This document shows, piece after piece, positions 49,727-61,940 of a DNA stretch of 64,000 nt (within the stretch, counting starts at the first letter, position 1; each line of letters opens with the position of its first letter). This stretch comes from Octopus sinensis (taxonomy: Eukaryota). The notes beneath the pieces were generated by a model. It was not told where the DNA came from. It saw nothing but the letters and a program-made list of their open reading frames with translations, and searched no databases. The DNA is taken from positions 108,376,001 through 108,440,000 of the forward strand of contig NC_043005.1 of assembly GCF_006345805.1 (NCBI RefSeq), read 5' to 3'. The translations under genes were made by a program, and so were the position numbers.

Positions 49727-50110
49727 CTAGCAGTATCGTCCGGCGTTGCTCGGGTTTCTAAGGGAAATAACTATATAAGCATTTTTAGAGATGTAAAGTA
49801 TAATAGCCATCTCAATATGGCTAACCACAAAGGGGGTGGTGTTACTGTAGCTTTTTACGTTCTGAGATTTAATAATAAATTTTTAGAGAGTTACTTCCCT
49901 TATATATGCCAAAAATGCATTAAAAATGGGAAAAATTGATGGTAAATTTTTTTTTAAATCGTAAACTCATTGTAGACAAGAAGGGCTCGATATGAATCAC
50001 GACTATAAGATACCCGGTTTTGGTTAAACGGCACCGCAAAATGTGGGAGTAGTTAGGAATCTAAATCGTAGGAGACAGACAGCACACAACCTCTCTTTTA
50101 TATATAAAGA
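49727..50110 (-). mobile_element. Non-autonomous Helitron (384 bp)
   Basis: Minus strand A|TCTTTATATATAAAAG ... CCCGAGCAACGCCGGAC hairpin ... CTAG|T, giving canonical TC/CTAG ends in an AT target with no TSD. Confidence 0.85.
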
Positions 50111-50489
50111 TGTCAATTCAAGGCATTGAGTAGATAATGAGAGTTTCATGCCTGAAGGTAATTTTCAGGTGAGTACTGGAAGACAATTGACCTCTAGTGC
50201 ATAAGAATATTGCAGTTGTATAGGAACAACTTGTCATGATCTTCAGTTTTGGGCATGTCACCTGCTCATCAGGGATGGCCAAAACAATCTTTCAGAGAAT
50301 AGTCAAAGGTGGCAAATGCAGAGGCAGTCAGAAAGAAGTGGGAAAACAACATCTGTGAGTGGACAGGCCTAAAGATGAGAAATGCTGAGCAGGAGGCAGA
50401 AGACTGAGAAGGACGGAGGAATCTGGTTGCAAAGTCATCAGTGGTGCCTCAACAGTCAGCCAGATTACAAGATAAGTAATGTAATGTAT

Positions 50490-50760
50490 TTATGTATATG
50501 TATGTGTCTATTCAAGAAGACCTGTACTTCTGCCTCATTTTTCACAAATGAAGGCCTCCCTGACCTTGATTTGTCATCAAGGCTGGTGTCACCTTCCTTG
50601 AATTATCGTAACTAATTTTGCACCATACATTTGTTGACCGTTCCTGGGACCTCCAAATCATCAATTACTTTTCCGACTGTCCTTGAACTCAGTCCTTTGT
50701 TCCACAGGTAGTGTAAAATATCTCTAATTGCAATTTTCCACTACTCATTATCAAAACTGT
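50490..50760 (-). mobile_element. Mariner N-terminal remnant
   Basis: IRDILHYLWTKGLSS...FKEGDTSLDDKSRSGRP. Confidence 0.65.
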
Positions 50761-50990
50761 AAAATGAAGAATAAACAATGTTTATATGTTATATGTAAAA
50801 ATGGAAAATAAGCAATTTAGCAATGATTTGACAACAAGCTGTATCAAATTAATAATATAACATGGAGATATAATTTGCTAAAAATCATCAGTGAAAATCT
50901 GAGAAACTTTTAACTCAACCTGGAATATATATACATATATACATATATATGCATATATGTGTTTGTGTGTGTGTGTGTCTAAGTCTAAGT

Positions 50991-51447
50991 AGAGACTTCA
51001 AACTTGAAATCTTCAAAGCCACGGTCGAACCAATTCTACTATATGGCTCAGAAACCTGGACGTTATCAAAGAAGCTTGAGAGGCGGTTGGATGGAACCTA
51101 CACTCGCCTCCTTATGAGAGCTCAAAATCTCTCGTGGAAGCGCCATCCAACCAAAATGCAAATATATGGGAAACTACCACCTGTGTCATCTCTTGTGAAA
51201 GGTAGAAGAGTCCAGTTTGCTGGACATTGTTGTAGAGCTGAAAAAGAAGTAATTTCTACTCTTCTCCTCTGGAAGCCATCTACTCGCAATACCAGAGGGC
51301 GCACACTCTCCTACCCTGATGTAATCTCCAGGGATACAGGCATCCAGCAACAGGACCTCCGTAATGCCATGATGGACCGTGAAGTCTGGTGTAGCATGGT
51401 AAATTCCATTGTCTCGACCACGGTCAAACAATGATGATGATGATGTG
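50991..51447 (+). mobile_element. 5'-truncated RTE-clade LINE 3' end with (TGA)n tail
   Basis: FKLEIFKATVEPILLYGSETWTLSKKLERRLDGTYTRLLMRAQNLSWKRHPT...VQFAGHCCR...; open to the stop; same family as 11131-11522. Confidence 0.9.
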
Positions 51448-51599
51448 TAAGTTATGATTTTAAAGATAATGTAAGCTGTTAATATGCAGTAGTTTTTCCT
51501 TTTCAAAGCAGCTCTCTGCTAAAACAATACAGATGCTCACTTTTCCACTTCTTGATATGGCATTACCATAGAATATAATTCTCTCCTTCTGGACACCCT

Positions 51600-52430
51600 T
51601 GACAAAACCCAAATTTTTCAAGCAAGGCCTTCTATAATATTTCAGACAGTTACTACTCAGATCCATGCCAGTAAAATTGTTTAGAAATGAAAAACCTTCA
51701 GTTAGACTTTATGAGAATGTGTTTCTAGAAAAAGATATTGTAATCCTAACATAGTTTCCTTTCCAATGTGGTAATGTTGTTGTTTAGCCATAAACCATCC
51801 ACAATGGAGCATACCTTCATAATGATTTACTGATTTATGTATGTGTTTGGTTGTGGGTGTATATAATTGAATAATAGAGCAAATTTATGGATATAACATA
51901 TATTGCTTTATAAATTGGCACTCCAATGGACAGAGGTCTATAATAATAAGTTCATGGGGTACAGATTTGTACCACTCAGGCTACATCATCAAAAACGTTC
52001 CGACTGTATTATGAAATTTACTACCATAAGCTTTGGTCTGTAAAGACAATGGGTTAGTTAATTAGAATTAAAATAACTAATGGACACATTTTATTCAAAT
52101 TAAGGAAGGACATTATCCACACTACTGGTTCTTTTGGTCTTGAAATAACTAAAATTACCAACCTAACTATTGTTGACACTTTTGATGTTAAATTAGATTT
52201 TCCAACAAGTCTACATCAACCTTTTAAGAATCCAAGTGAAATGTTCCTTTAGATTTATGTAGGCTCGTGTCACCATCAACAAAGAACCTTCTCTACAACA
52301 CCAGCAAAAGGATCTCCTCTCTTTCCTCGAATTAGCAAATAAGGCAGACCCACACTACAATGAAGTCCAAACTAGATTTAATAACAAAATATGTTATACA
52401 CTTCATTTCTCTCACCACAAATGAAAAGAG
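51600..52430 (+). mobile_element. Decayed Penelope-like element reverse transcriptase remnant
   Basis: SFGLEITKITNLTIVDTFDVKLDFPTSLHQPFKNPSEMFL*IYVGSCH (52130-52275) follows the PLE RT C-terminal pattern GL.IT..N...V.FLDV.LDL.T..Y.PY.KPN..P.YI...SNHP; the upstream part is weaker. Confidence 0.55.
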
Positions 52431-52436
52431 GAGACA

Positions 52437-52817
52437 TGTATATATGTATATGTATATCTATGTGTGTGTCTGTGTTTGTCTCCCCAACATTGCTTGACAA
52501 CCGATGCTGGTGTGTTTATGTCCCCATCACTTAGCGGTTCAGCAAAAGGGACTGATAGAATAAGTAGTAGGCTTACAAAGAATAAGTCCTGGGGGCAATT
52601 TCCTCGACTAAAGGTGGTGCCCCAGCATGGCCGCAGTCAAATGACTGAAACAAGTAAAAGAGTAAAGAGTATATATATATATGCTGGTAGATGGAATTAG
52701 CTTACCATGAGCCATTTGAGCAGTCACCACTGACAAAGTCTACAGTATAGGCGAAACTACACCTAGGCTGGCTGGTCCTCGGGACATTCATGGGGTGGTT
52801 ACCTCACCTGTCAGCAT
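52437..52817 (+). repeat. Near-identical direct copy of 48397-48774 (SINE 3' half plus about 130 bp of flank)
   Basis: Shares private SINE variants (GGGACTG, GTAGTAGG, TTTCCTCG, GCCCCAG) and the downstream flank; only a few differences. Confidence 0.9.
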
Positions 52818-53004
52818 GATCAGAGCCCCATTTCACTCAATTCAGTATTTGATTGGCTGAAGACTTCTTAACTTTAATAAATACATACTTCTCTCTTGAC
52901 CTTAGACTTTAATAACTTTAATAAATACATACTTTTCTCCTGACCTTAGACATAGAAAATATTTTAAGGGATAAAACCTGAAGTTAATTATAGTTTGCAC
53001 CACT

Positions 53005-53145
53005 TGGCGTTAGGAAGGGCATCCTGCTGTAGAAACACTGCCAGATCAGACTGGCCTGGTGCAGCCTCCTGGCTTCCCAGACCCCAGTTGAACCGTCCAA
53101 CCCATGGTAGCATGGAAAACGGACGTTAAACAATGATGATGATGA
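53005..53145 (+). mobile_element. Family D retroposon 3' end
   Basis: TAGGAAGGGCATCC...AACGGACGTTAAACAATGATGATGAT. Confidence 0.85.
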
Positions 53146-53942
53146 CCACAAACAAGAGAAATATATCATGCATATCTACCAATGAAATTGAAGATAGATA
53201 TTCATGAAGGAACAAAAATACAAATCCACTAGACAAATTCTGCAATGCAATATTAAATCTAGAAGCATTTCATAAAGTTCCATAGGTGTGTGACAGAAGG
53301 AAAGTTTAAACAAATATTTTATAGTTATGTATCAACACAGTATTAAGTAAAAAGAATGCTACAAGATTGCTGAATTGTGGAGGGTACCAGTGAAATGGGT
53401 AGACATGAGATGAAGTGGTGAGAAAGGATCTTTGAACACTGGGCCTCACTAACGAAATGATAAGTGACAAGGAGGTATGGCAATTTGCTGTACTTGATAA
53501 GATAACGAAAAGCTAAGTAAAAGCATTGTCTTCCACACATACAGGATTGTCCTTTCAGGTGCTGGTGTCACTAAAAGAAAAGCACCTGTGATGGTGCTAT
53601 GTAAGGACCCTATAGGCATGTGTACAAGCATATATATATATACACACACACATATATATATATGCAAAATTTTGAGGACTGACCACTAAAAGGGGACAGC
53701 CTATATGCTAAACATAGATGTCAAATTGCCATTACCACAAAGAATGTGTTCTCAAGAAAAATCTCAGCAAAATACCAAAATGTAAAAATAAGCATGACAA
53801 ATGAAAATATATGTCCTCAGTCCCCTAAATTTTGTATGTAACACAATTTTTAATCTTTGTCTTTTTTTAAATATGCTAACCCACCGGTTTTAATTGATTA
53901 ATATCAATTTCTACCCTTATTTAATTTTATATATATATATAT

Positions 53943-54330
53943 AGGCGCAGGAGTGGCTGTGTGGTAAGTAGCTTGTTTACCAACCACATGATTCCGGGTT
54001 CAGTCCCACTGCGTGGCACCTCGGGCAACTGTCTTCTACTATAGCCTCGGGCCGACCAAAGCCTTGTGAGTGGATTTGGTAGATGGAAACTGAAAGAAGC
54101 CCGTCGTATATATGTATATATATATGCGTGTGTGTGTTTGTCCCCCTAGCATCGCTTGACAACCGATGCTGATGTGTTTATGTCCCCGTTACTTAGCAGT
54201 TTGGCAAAAGAGACCGATAGAATAAGTACTGGGCTTACAAAAGAATAAGTCCCGGGGTCGAGTTGCTCAATTAAAGGCGGTGCTCCAGCATGGCCACAGT
54301 CAAATGACTGAAACAAGTTAAAGAGTAAAA
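53943..54330 (+). mobile_element. SINE family A
   Basis: Full-length match beginning GGCGCAGGAGTGGCTGTGTGG. Confidence 0.9.
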
Positions 54331-54763
54331 AAGAGAGTATAGCATATATATAAATGTATGTATGCAAATCTGCCTATAGAGACACTAAAAGTGATGAATT
54401 AAATTTTAGAGTCACAATCACAGAAAGATACGTAAACACATAGACAAATGCAAAATGAACACACGCAGTTTGCAAACATATACATACATGTAGACAACTA
54501 CATACATACATGTACATTTGCTTATAAATGAGTATAAATATATAATACATATGTATTTCTGTTTGAATCTGTGTATGTGTGTTTGTGTGTGTATATTCAT
54601 TCAAGCAATGAAATCCATCATATATACCTACAATGATAAATAAGAATGAACTTAAATTTATCTAATGAAAGTATACAAATTAATTAGGGAAAATACTGTA
54701 TTCAGAGTGTGGGCATTTTATGAATATATATGTGTGCATGTCAATAAATACATACATACATAT

Positions 54764-54824
<61 letters not shown>

Positions 54825-54892
54825 GTGTATGTATAATTATGCATGTGTATATATGTATATGTGTGTGTGTATGTGAATAGTCATATGTACGA

Positions 54893-54955
<63 letters not shown>

Positions 54956-55382
54956 GTATTATGTATATGTTTAAATATCTATATATGTGTATATATATAT
55001 ATTTAAATGTATATATATATATATATATGCACATTTAAATATATATATAATACATATACTTATTCATCTACATGCACACACACATGCAGATACACACAAA
55101 TATATATATGCATATATTTATATATATACATATATATATACATATATACAGATACATACATATATATACATATATATGTATATATATATATACACATACA
55201 CATACATATATATTTAATCATATACATCTGTTGATACACAAACATATATATATATATATAACCATACATATGCTTACACATATGTAAGTGTATGTATGTA
55301 TATATATACATGTTTATGTGTGTATGTATATGTATATATGTGTGTCTGCATGTGTGTATGTGTATATATATATATATAAATC

Positions 55383-55512
<130 letters not shown>

Positions 55513-57044
55513 TATAGGTATATACATATTTATATTTATATATATGCACAGACAAATTGTCTAAATATACACAGTTACATATAAGTAATGTTTACATACA
55601 TTATATATAAAAATATACATTTCGTATTCTTTCGAATGTAAATATCTATTTTGAATCTCATATTATTGTGTTATTCAGTAGGATGCTTATACACTCTCAT
55701 GAACATTATATGTGTGTGTGTATGTGTTGTATTTTTATATGTATGTATATTTGTACTTGTTTGTGTAAATATCTGTGCACAAATATTGCACAAATGTTTT
55801 CAACTGACTGCACAAATACAAAATGAAATTAATACACTTTGCACAATGTTGTTTACTAAATATCTTTTTCTCTGTTGATATTTCATTCTCAATTCATTTA
55901 TTTTATTCTCCTTCTTTTCCTTATTTCTTTCTTATGTATTTGTTTCCTTTTTTTTCATTTTTTACTTTCTCTCTTTTCATTTTTTTTTCTCTCTCTTTTT
56001 TACATTTTTTTTTCAACTCAAAATATCTGAAAGCAGATTTTTGCCTCTCATTTTCTTCAATATATTATGTCTGCCACATCACATCAAAATTTGTTTAATC
56101 AGTCAAACAGATTTTTACTTCATTTCAATACATTAAGTTTTTCTGTTTTTTTTTTTTTTTGTTTTTCTTCCTAATATTAATACATTTCTCTACTTTATGA
56201 AAAAAACGTATCGGTCAACTTAGTTTTGCATATACGTGTGCATGTGGATATGTATTTTGCACATATGCATATATATATATATATATATAATGAATATAAT
56301 GAAAATATTGCTATACATGAGTGTTTTGCAAAAGGCTAACTAAACTAAAGAAATTCAAATTTCTGAGCAATATCTAAGCATATAAAAACTATAGAATGAT
56401 ATATGGAATATCATCATCATTTAATGCCTAATCTCCATGTTGGCATGTGCTGGATAGTCTAATAGGAGCCAAGGAGTCCAAGGAAGGCATCATGCTCCAC
56501 TGTCTACTTTTGTGTGGCTGCTACAGCTGGATGCCCCTCCCGAATGCCAGATACTTCACATCATGTACAGAGTGCTTTTTTCATGACCACCAATACTAGC
56601 GAAGTAAGTTATACTAGGAGATAAAGGGTTAAGGTATGAAAGGCGCCACAACAGTAGAGGCTCCTTACTATACAAGTGCCACTAGTCTACTTGCAGTACA
56701 GAAGAGAGGGTAGCTGTTATTGGGATGCAGCAGGGATGAGATAAAATAGAGATGATGAGGCATTTGAGTGAACGTTGAAGGTATGAGGTGAGTAGGGGTT
56801 GAAGAACCAGGAGTGTGGATGATGAGAAGCTACAAGTGTATTTGATGAGAGGGAGAGATGGTTTAGTGATGATGAAGGGCTGAGAGAGTAAAAATAATGA
56901 AGAACATGTTGAGTGGATGATAAGTAGTGCATAAAGAAGATTAAGTGACTACTATTGGGTGAATAAAGTCAATGTTAGATAGGGGGTAGGGGCTGGCTGA
57001 TGATGTGTGAGATTGAAGGTTAACAGAAAATAGCAGAGGAAGGA

Positions 57045-57721
57045 CAAGAACCCATTTCTCATCACCTGTCAATACTTGGTCCAAAAAAGGTTCATTTGTG
57101 AAATATGACAACAAAGAAGAGCACACATTCACTCTCTGTGCATGATTAGACTTGGAAAGTTTATGAGGAACCCATTGACCCAATTTGCTGACTTTTCTGA
57201 TGGTACGCAGGTGTCCATGAATGGTTGAACCATTCATGGACACCTGCTTCTCTGCAAGTTCCAAGTGTCTCTGCTAGTTCCTCAATAGTTACAATGGGAT
57301 TTTGTTCCACCAGGGTTTGCAGGACATTCTCCTCAACCTCTACAGATCTCCCAGGACAAGGCTCATCTTCCAGGCAGTAGTTTCCAGTTCAGAATTTCTG
57401 AAATCACTGTCGACACTGGCTTACGCTTATTGTCTGATCTCTATATATTGCATTAATTTTTCTTGCACTTTCCATTGCATTGTTGCTTTTATTGAACTCA
57501 TAAAACAAAATATGCCGAATATGCTCCTTTGTCACTTCCATTATAGCTTTGAAAAAGTAACTTAAAATTGAATTGCATTCTTCAAAACTTGTAATGGGAA
57601 AAAGGACAAGGTAAAATCAATACCTGCTTTTATAGCAAGTTGATACAGGTAGTTTATCCTATATCCCTCAGACTTTTAGTTCATGCAATGGAAAACTCTG
57701 CATTATTTATGGAAGGACCCA

Positions 57722-57722
<1 letters not shown>
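57045..57722 (-). mobile_element. Mariner element, 5' half (3'-truncated)
   Basis: TA|TTGGGTCCTTCCATAA TIR at 57722; MEVTKEHIRHILFYEFNK from 57541; LGQWVPHKL and VLTGDEKWVL motifs. Confidence 0.85.
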
Positions 57723-57752
<30 letters not shown>

Positions 57753-58659
57753 TGTATGCATGTATGTATGTATGTATGTATGTTGTATATATATGTATAT
57801 ATTGATATATGTGTGTGTGTACATATATATACTCATAGTCATAAAGATAATTATTAATTATACATACACAAGTATTTATATATAAAGTTATTTCATCATT
57901 TATGTAAATGTCTAGAAATATATACCAGAATATATATATATTTGTGTATATCTATGTAACATAAATTATACAAACACAAACACATGTTTTCATGTGTGTA
58001 TATATCTGCATATTTTCATGTATGTATGTATATATATACATTTATGCATGTTATAGTCTAATATCTATCTATCTATCTATCTACCTCTCTTTCTCTCTCT
58101 CTCTCTCTCTCTCAATATATATATATAGACAAATGTATGTCCATATTTAAACACACACATATATATATGTCTGTGTATGTATGCATTTCAATTATCGGTT
58201 TTATTTCCAGTGTGTATACACTAAATGGAATGACACTGTTTCTGTTTACTTTGGCTGACATTTCATTAACTCTTTAATATTTTAATATTTTTTTCAATAT
58301 TATTTATATTCGAAACAAGAAGATCAGTAAATTAACTTCAGTTGGGTGTTTAAAACTAAAGAGTTGCATACAGAATGAAACTAACTCTATTTATCAATGC
58401 TGCATTAAATGTGAAACCATGTTTGGTTTCAATTTTTTCCATCGCATAATTAATGGATTTTATTCATATTTGTAAATCTCATATAAACACTTGGAAATGG
58501 TTTGAAGAAATTCTTGTTCTGCAAGCTTGGTCTCAATTCTGAGTTCAGTTTCTGGTTGAGTTCATTTCTTTCATTTAACTACGTTTCTTGTTTCCAGTGG
58601 GGTGTTTCCACCAATAGGGTGAATCAATCAGTGAGAAATAGTAGTCAAATCTCTCTTAA

Positions 58660-58880
58660 CCCTTTGGTGTTCAGATTTCTCTATTAAATGTTATACTTTT
58701 TCACTCAAAATTGTTTTGAATTAATCATGCATTATGTTATACCTTTGAGGTTTCAATGATATGATTGTTTATTTTTAGAATGTCAATGTAGGTTAGGTGT
58801 GAGAGGCTAGACATGGCCAGTTTGAATATAAAACATGTAGAATATTTGGGCTAGATATGGCCAGTTTAAACACTAAAGGG
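58660..58880. mobile_element. piggyBac-like MITE
   Basis: TTAA|CCCTTTGGTGTT ... AACACTAAAGGG; right TTAA eroded. Confidence 0.6.
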
Positions 58881-59384
58881 TCCACAGTTTTGACTCTAAA
58901 AATGTCAATAAAAGATAAAGAAGGGAAGGGAGAATGGTTTCAAAGATAAATATTCTGCTCACATTCATTTAATTGTAAGACATATCGGGTAGATACTATG
59001 ACTGAGTGATAAGGATGTGACTTCAAATAATGAGGAGATTCATTATTAATAACACTTTCATGTTTTGGCACAAGGCCAGCAATTTCAGTGGCATGGGTAA
59101 GTTGATTACATTGACCTCAGTGATCAACTGGTACTTATTTTATCAGCTCCAAAAGGATGAAAGGTATAGTCGACCTCAGTGAAATTTGAACTTAGAACGC
59201 AAAGGTGGATGAAGCATTTTGCCTTAGATCCAATATTAGTAGCATCTGCGGGATTGTAGTAGCCAAGGACAGCAGCAGGCAGAGGAGATCACATCCCTTC
59301 TGATATTCCTGATATGACTCCTGACATTTTATAGAGACAATGCATGTCACTGATCTACAGCCAGCCGTTGGTGATGATGATGAT

Positions 59385-59609
59385 GATCATCATCATCATT
59401 TGACGTCCGTTTTCCATGCTGGCATGGGTTGGATGGTTTGACTGAAAACTGGTTAGCTGGGTAACTGTACCAGGTTCCAATCTGATTTGGCATGGTTTCT
59501 ACAGCTGGATCATTTTGGAACTTAGTGTAGTTCCCCAGTGCACTAGTTTTCAGTGAAATCCTCAAACCCATGCCAGCATGGAAAAACGTTCGTTAAATGA
59601 TGATGATGA

Positions 59610-59640
<31 letters not shown>
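59385..59640. mobile_element. Two family D 3' ends fused head-to-head (fold-back)
   Basis: (CAT)n...TTTCCATGCTGGCATGGGTT...ACTGAAAACTGG is complementary to CTAGTTTTCAGT...AACCCATGCCAGCATGGAAA...(GAT)n. Confidence 0.75.
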
Positions 59641-59641
<1 letters not shown>

Positions 59642-59869
59642 AGATATACTATGATTTAAAGAATAGCAATTACAGGATGGTCATAACAGGAATATTGTTC
59701 AATCTTGTTTCAGCTTAATCACGACTAACTCTGCGCTAAACAACAACATTTGCTACAAGTAAATGGAAGAATCTATAAGATTCAAGACAATACACTATTT
59801 ATTCCAAAGTGAAAGTTCCAATTCTTAGAAACTCAATTTTATTTTTCATTTGTAATTCCTCCTTACAAG

Positions 59870-59992
59870 GCTTTGGTCGGCCCAAGTCTATAATAGAAGA
59901 CAATTGCCCAAGGTGCCACACAGTGGGACTGAACCCTGAACCATGTGGTTCGTAAGCAAGCTACTTACCACACAGCCACTCCTGCGCCTATA
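59870..59992 (-). mobile_element. SINE family A head fragment
   Basis: Reverse complement of head plus CORE only. Confidence 0.85.
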
Positions 59993-61489
59993 GATATGTA
60001 GATAATAACAATCTAGAATTATCAGACACATATTCTGGACATCTATGTAAATTTAAAAAATTAAAAATTGCACACTTCTTAAATAGACCATAAAACATCC
60101 ATGGTGAAATAAACTAACACTGCATCTAATCATCCATTTGACTTATTTATTTTGTAATTACTTTATACCAATAACAACGTTGGCTACAGGCTTCCAATCG
60201 GTCACTCACTAGTTCCTTGCATTCTTTATGGTGAAAGTGACACAAGAATAACTGGAGGCTCTGCATTGAACTGCTGAGAAGACATGAAGGGGGTTATACT
60301 TGACATGAATTGAAGAGAAGATAAAAGGGGATAACATAAGATGAAATACAAGAAATAAACCACCAAAAGGCACAGAGATATTTCAAGGGACTTTGCTTAT
60401 AATGCACCTTTTTGTGTCTTCATGCTTATGTTAGTATCTTTAAAGGATGCACACAAATTTACACATATATGCATTCATACACTAACATTATCTTATACGC
60501 ATCAGTATATCGATGAAGGCTAAGTCACATGCCATCATTTTTGATTTACTGGCTGCAAAAACTTTTTGTCACTACAGGAATATAAAAGGAGAAAGTAGCA
60601 GCTGTGCTGAAAGAAATATATGAGAGAGAAAGAAAGTGTTATGAAGAGAGGTAGTTTAGATAGCTTAAAGAAAAAGATGGTTGATCGACAAAATGAGAGA
60701 GAGAGAGTGAGAGAAAATGAGAGAGAGAGTCATTGATGAATTAGATATGCATATAGTGAAATAGAGGGAGGGAGCAAAAGGTGAAAGAGGAAAAATTAGT
60801 GATAGGAAAGGTGGAAAGAAGAAAAATCTACAAGAGAGCTGTAACATGATAAGAGAAAAACAATAGCAATCTAGAAAATGAACAATAGAGAGCGAAAAAA
60901 GAAAGAGACAAATTTGTGTATGATATATCAGAATGTGTGGTGGTGGTGTGGGGAACTTAGGAAGTGATGGGAAGTAGTTGAGGCAGATTTTAATTCAGGA
61001 GAACAAAGGAAATTATATACTGATAAAAGAGAAAAGGAAAATAATGAAGTGGGTTAATAAGAAAAAAGTATCAGAGTAAGAGAAAGAGAGAGAATAAGAT
61101 TCAAGAAGGGAACAACCAACTTTTGATAGGCCTCTACAGGTAACTGAAAGCCAAACAGATGGAAAAAATTCTGAGTCGTAGAGAATCGCTTAACATTGAA
61201 CTGCTGCGAGAACTTGAAGAGGGCAGTGCTTGACATGAATTGACGAGAAGGCAAAAAAACTGATGAGATGAGGAGGAATGCAAGAAAAATAACTGGAAAC
61301 AGGAACAAGGCTTTGCATAAAAGGAATAGCTTGGAGAAGACAAAATGAAACGCGAAAAGACTGAGGAAGTTAAGAATTAGTGAAAAGAGAGAGAAATAAA
61401 GCCCATCCGACTCCCTGGATACTCACCTGTATCTACATGTGTGTGTGTGTGTGTGAGTGTGTGCTTAGAACTGCAATTTAGGATTTCTT

Positions 61490-61805
61490 GGGTTTTTTTG
61501 TAAGCCTAGTACATATTCTATCAGTCTCTTTTGCCAAACTGTGAAGTGACGGGACATAAACACACCAACATCAGTGGTCAAGCAATGGTGGTGGTAGTGG
61601 TAGGGGTACAAACACAGGCACACAAACATGCATATATACACAGGATGGGCTTCTTTCAGTTTCCATCTACCAAATCCACTCATAAAGTGTTGGTCAGCCC
61701 GAGGCTGAAGTAGGAGACACTTGCCCAAGGTGCCATGCAGTGGGACTGAACCCAGAACCATGTGGTTGGAAAGTAAGCTTCTTACCACACAGCCACTACC
61801 ACACC
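61490..61805 (-). mobile_element. SINE family A (diverged)
   Basis: Reverse-complement match. Confidence 0.8.
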
Positions 61806-61907
61806 TAAATGTATATCCTAAATATATATATGTGTGTTTGTGTGTGTGTATATATATATATATATATTTATATTTGTATGTATGTATGTATATATATATA
61901 TATGTAA

Positions 61908-61940
<33 letters not shown>

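Larger units (their letters stand above)
48915..50485 (+). mobile_element. RTE/BovB-like LINE 3' remnant split by nested insertions
   Basis: IAKTTAAMTKFRTLWKDRNISLSSKIRLMRSLVISVLL..CETW..RRLLEISYGDCVTNEEV (48915-49210) continues as FGHVTCSSGMAKTIFQRIVKGGKCRG (about 50245 onward). Confidence 0.8.

Noticed and set aside
48397-52817. Direct repeats read as the LTRs of a retrotransposon
   Set aside because: No TG...CA ends, primer-binding site or gag/pol; the repeats are a SINE half plus flank and the interior is a mosaic of unrelated old elements
52869-52952. 40-bp tandem duplication
   Set aside because: Ordinary short slippage duplication with no further structure
55770-55850. Four TGCACAA words in 80 bp as a transcription-factor site cluster
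   Set aside because: Short words in low-complexity AT-rich DNA; not distinguishable from local slippage without conservation data
60255-61320. Diverged repeat of about 110 bp (60260-60360 and 61190-61310) as a novel duplication
   Set aside because: Looks like two old fragments of a decayed LINE in purine-rich sequence; too degenerate to support more
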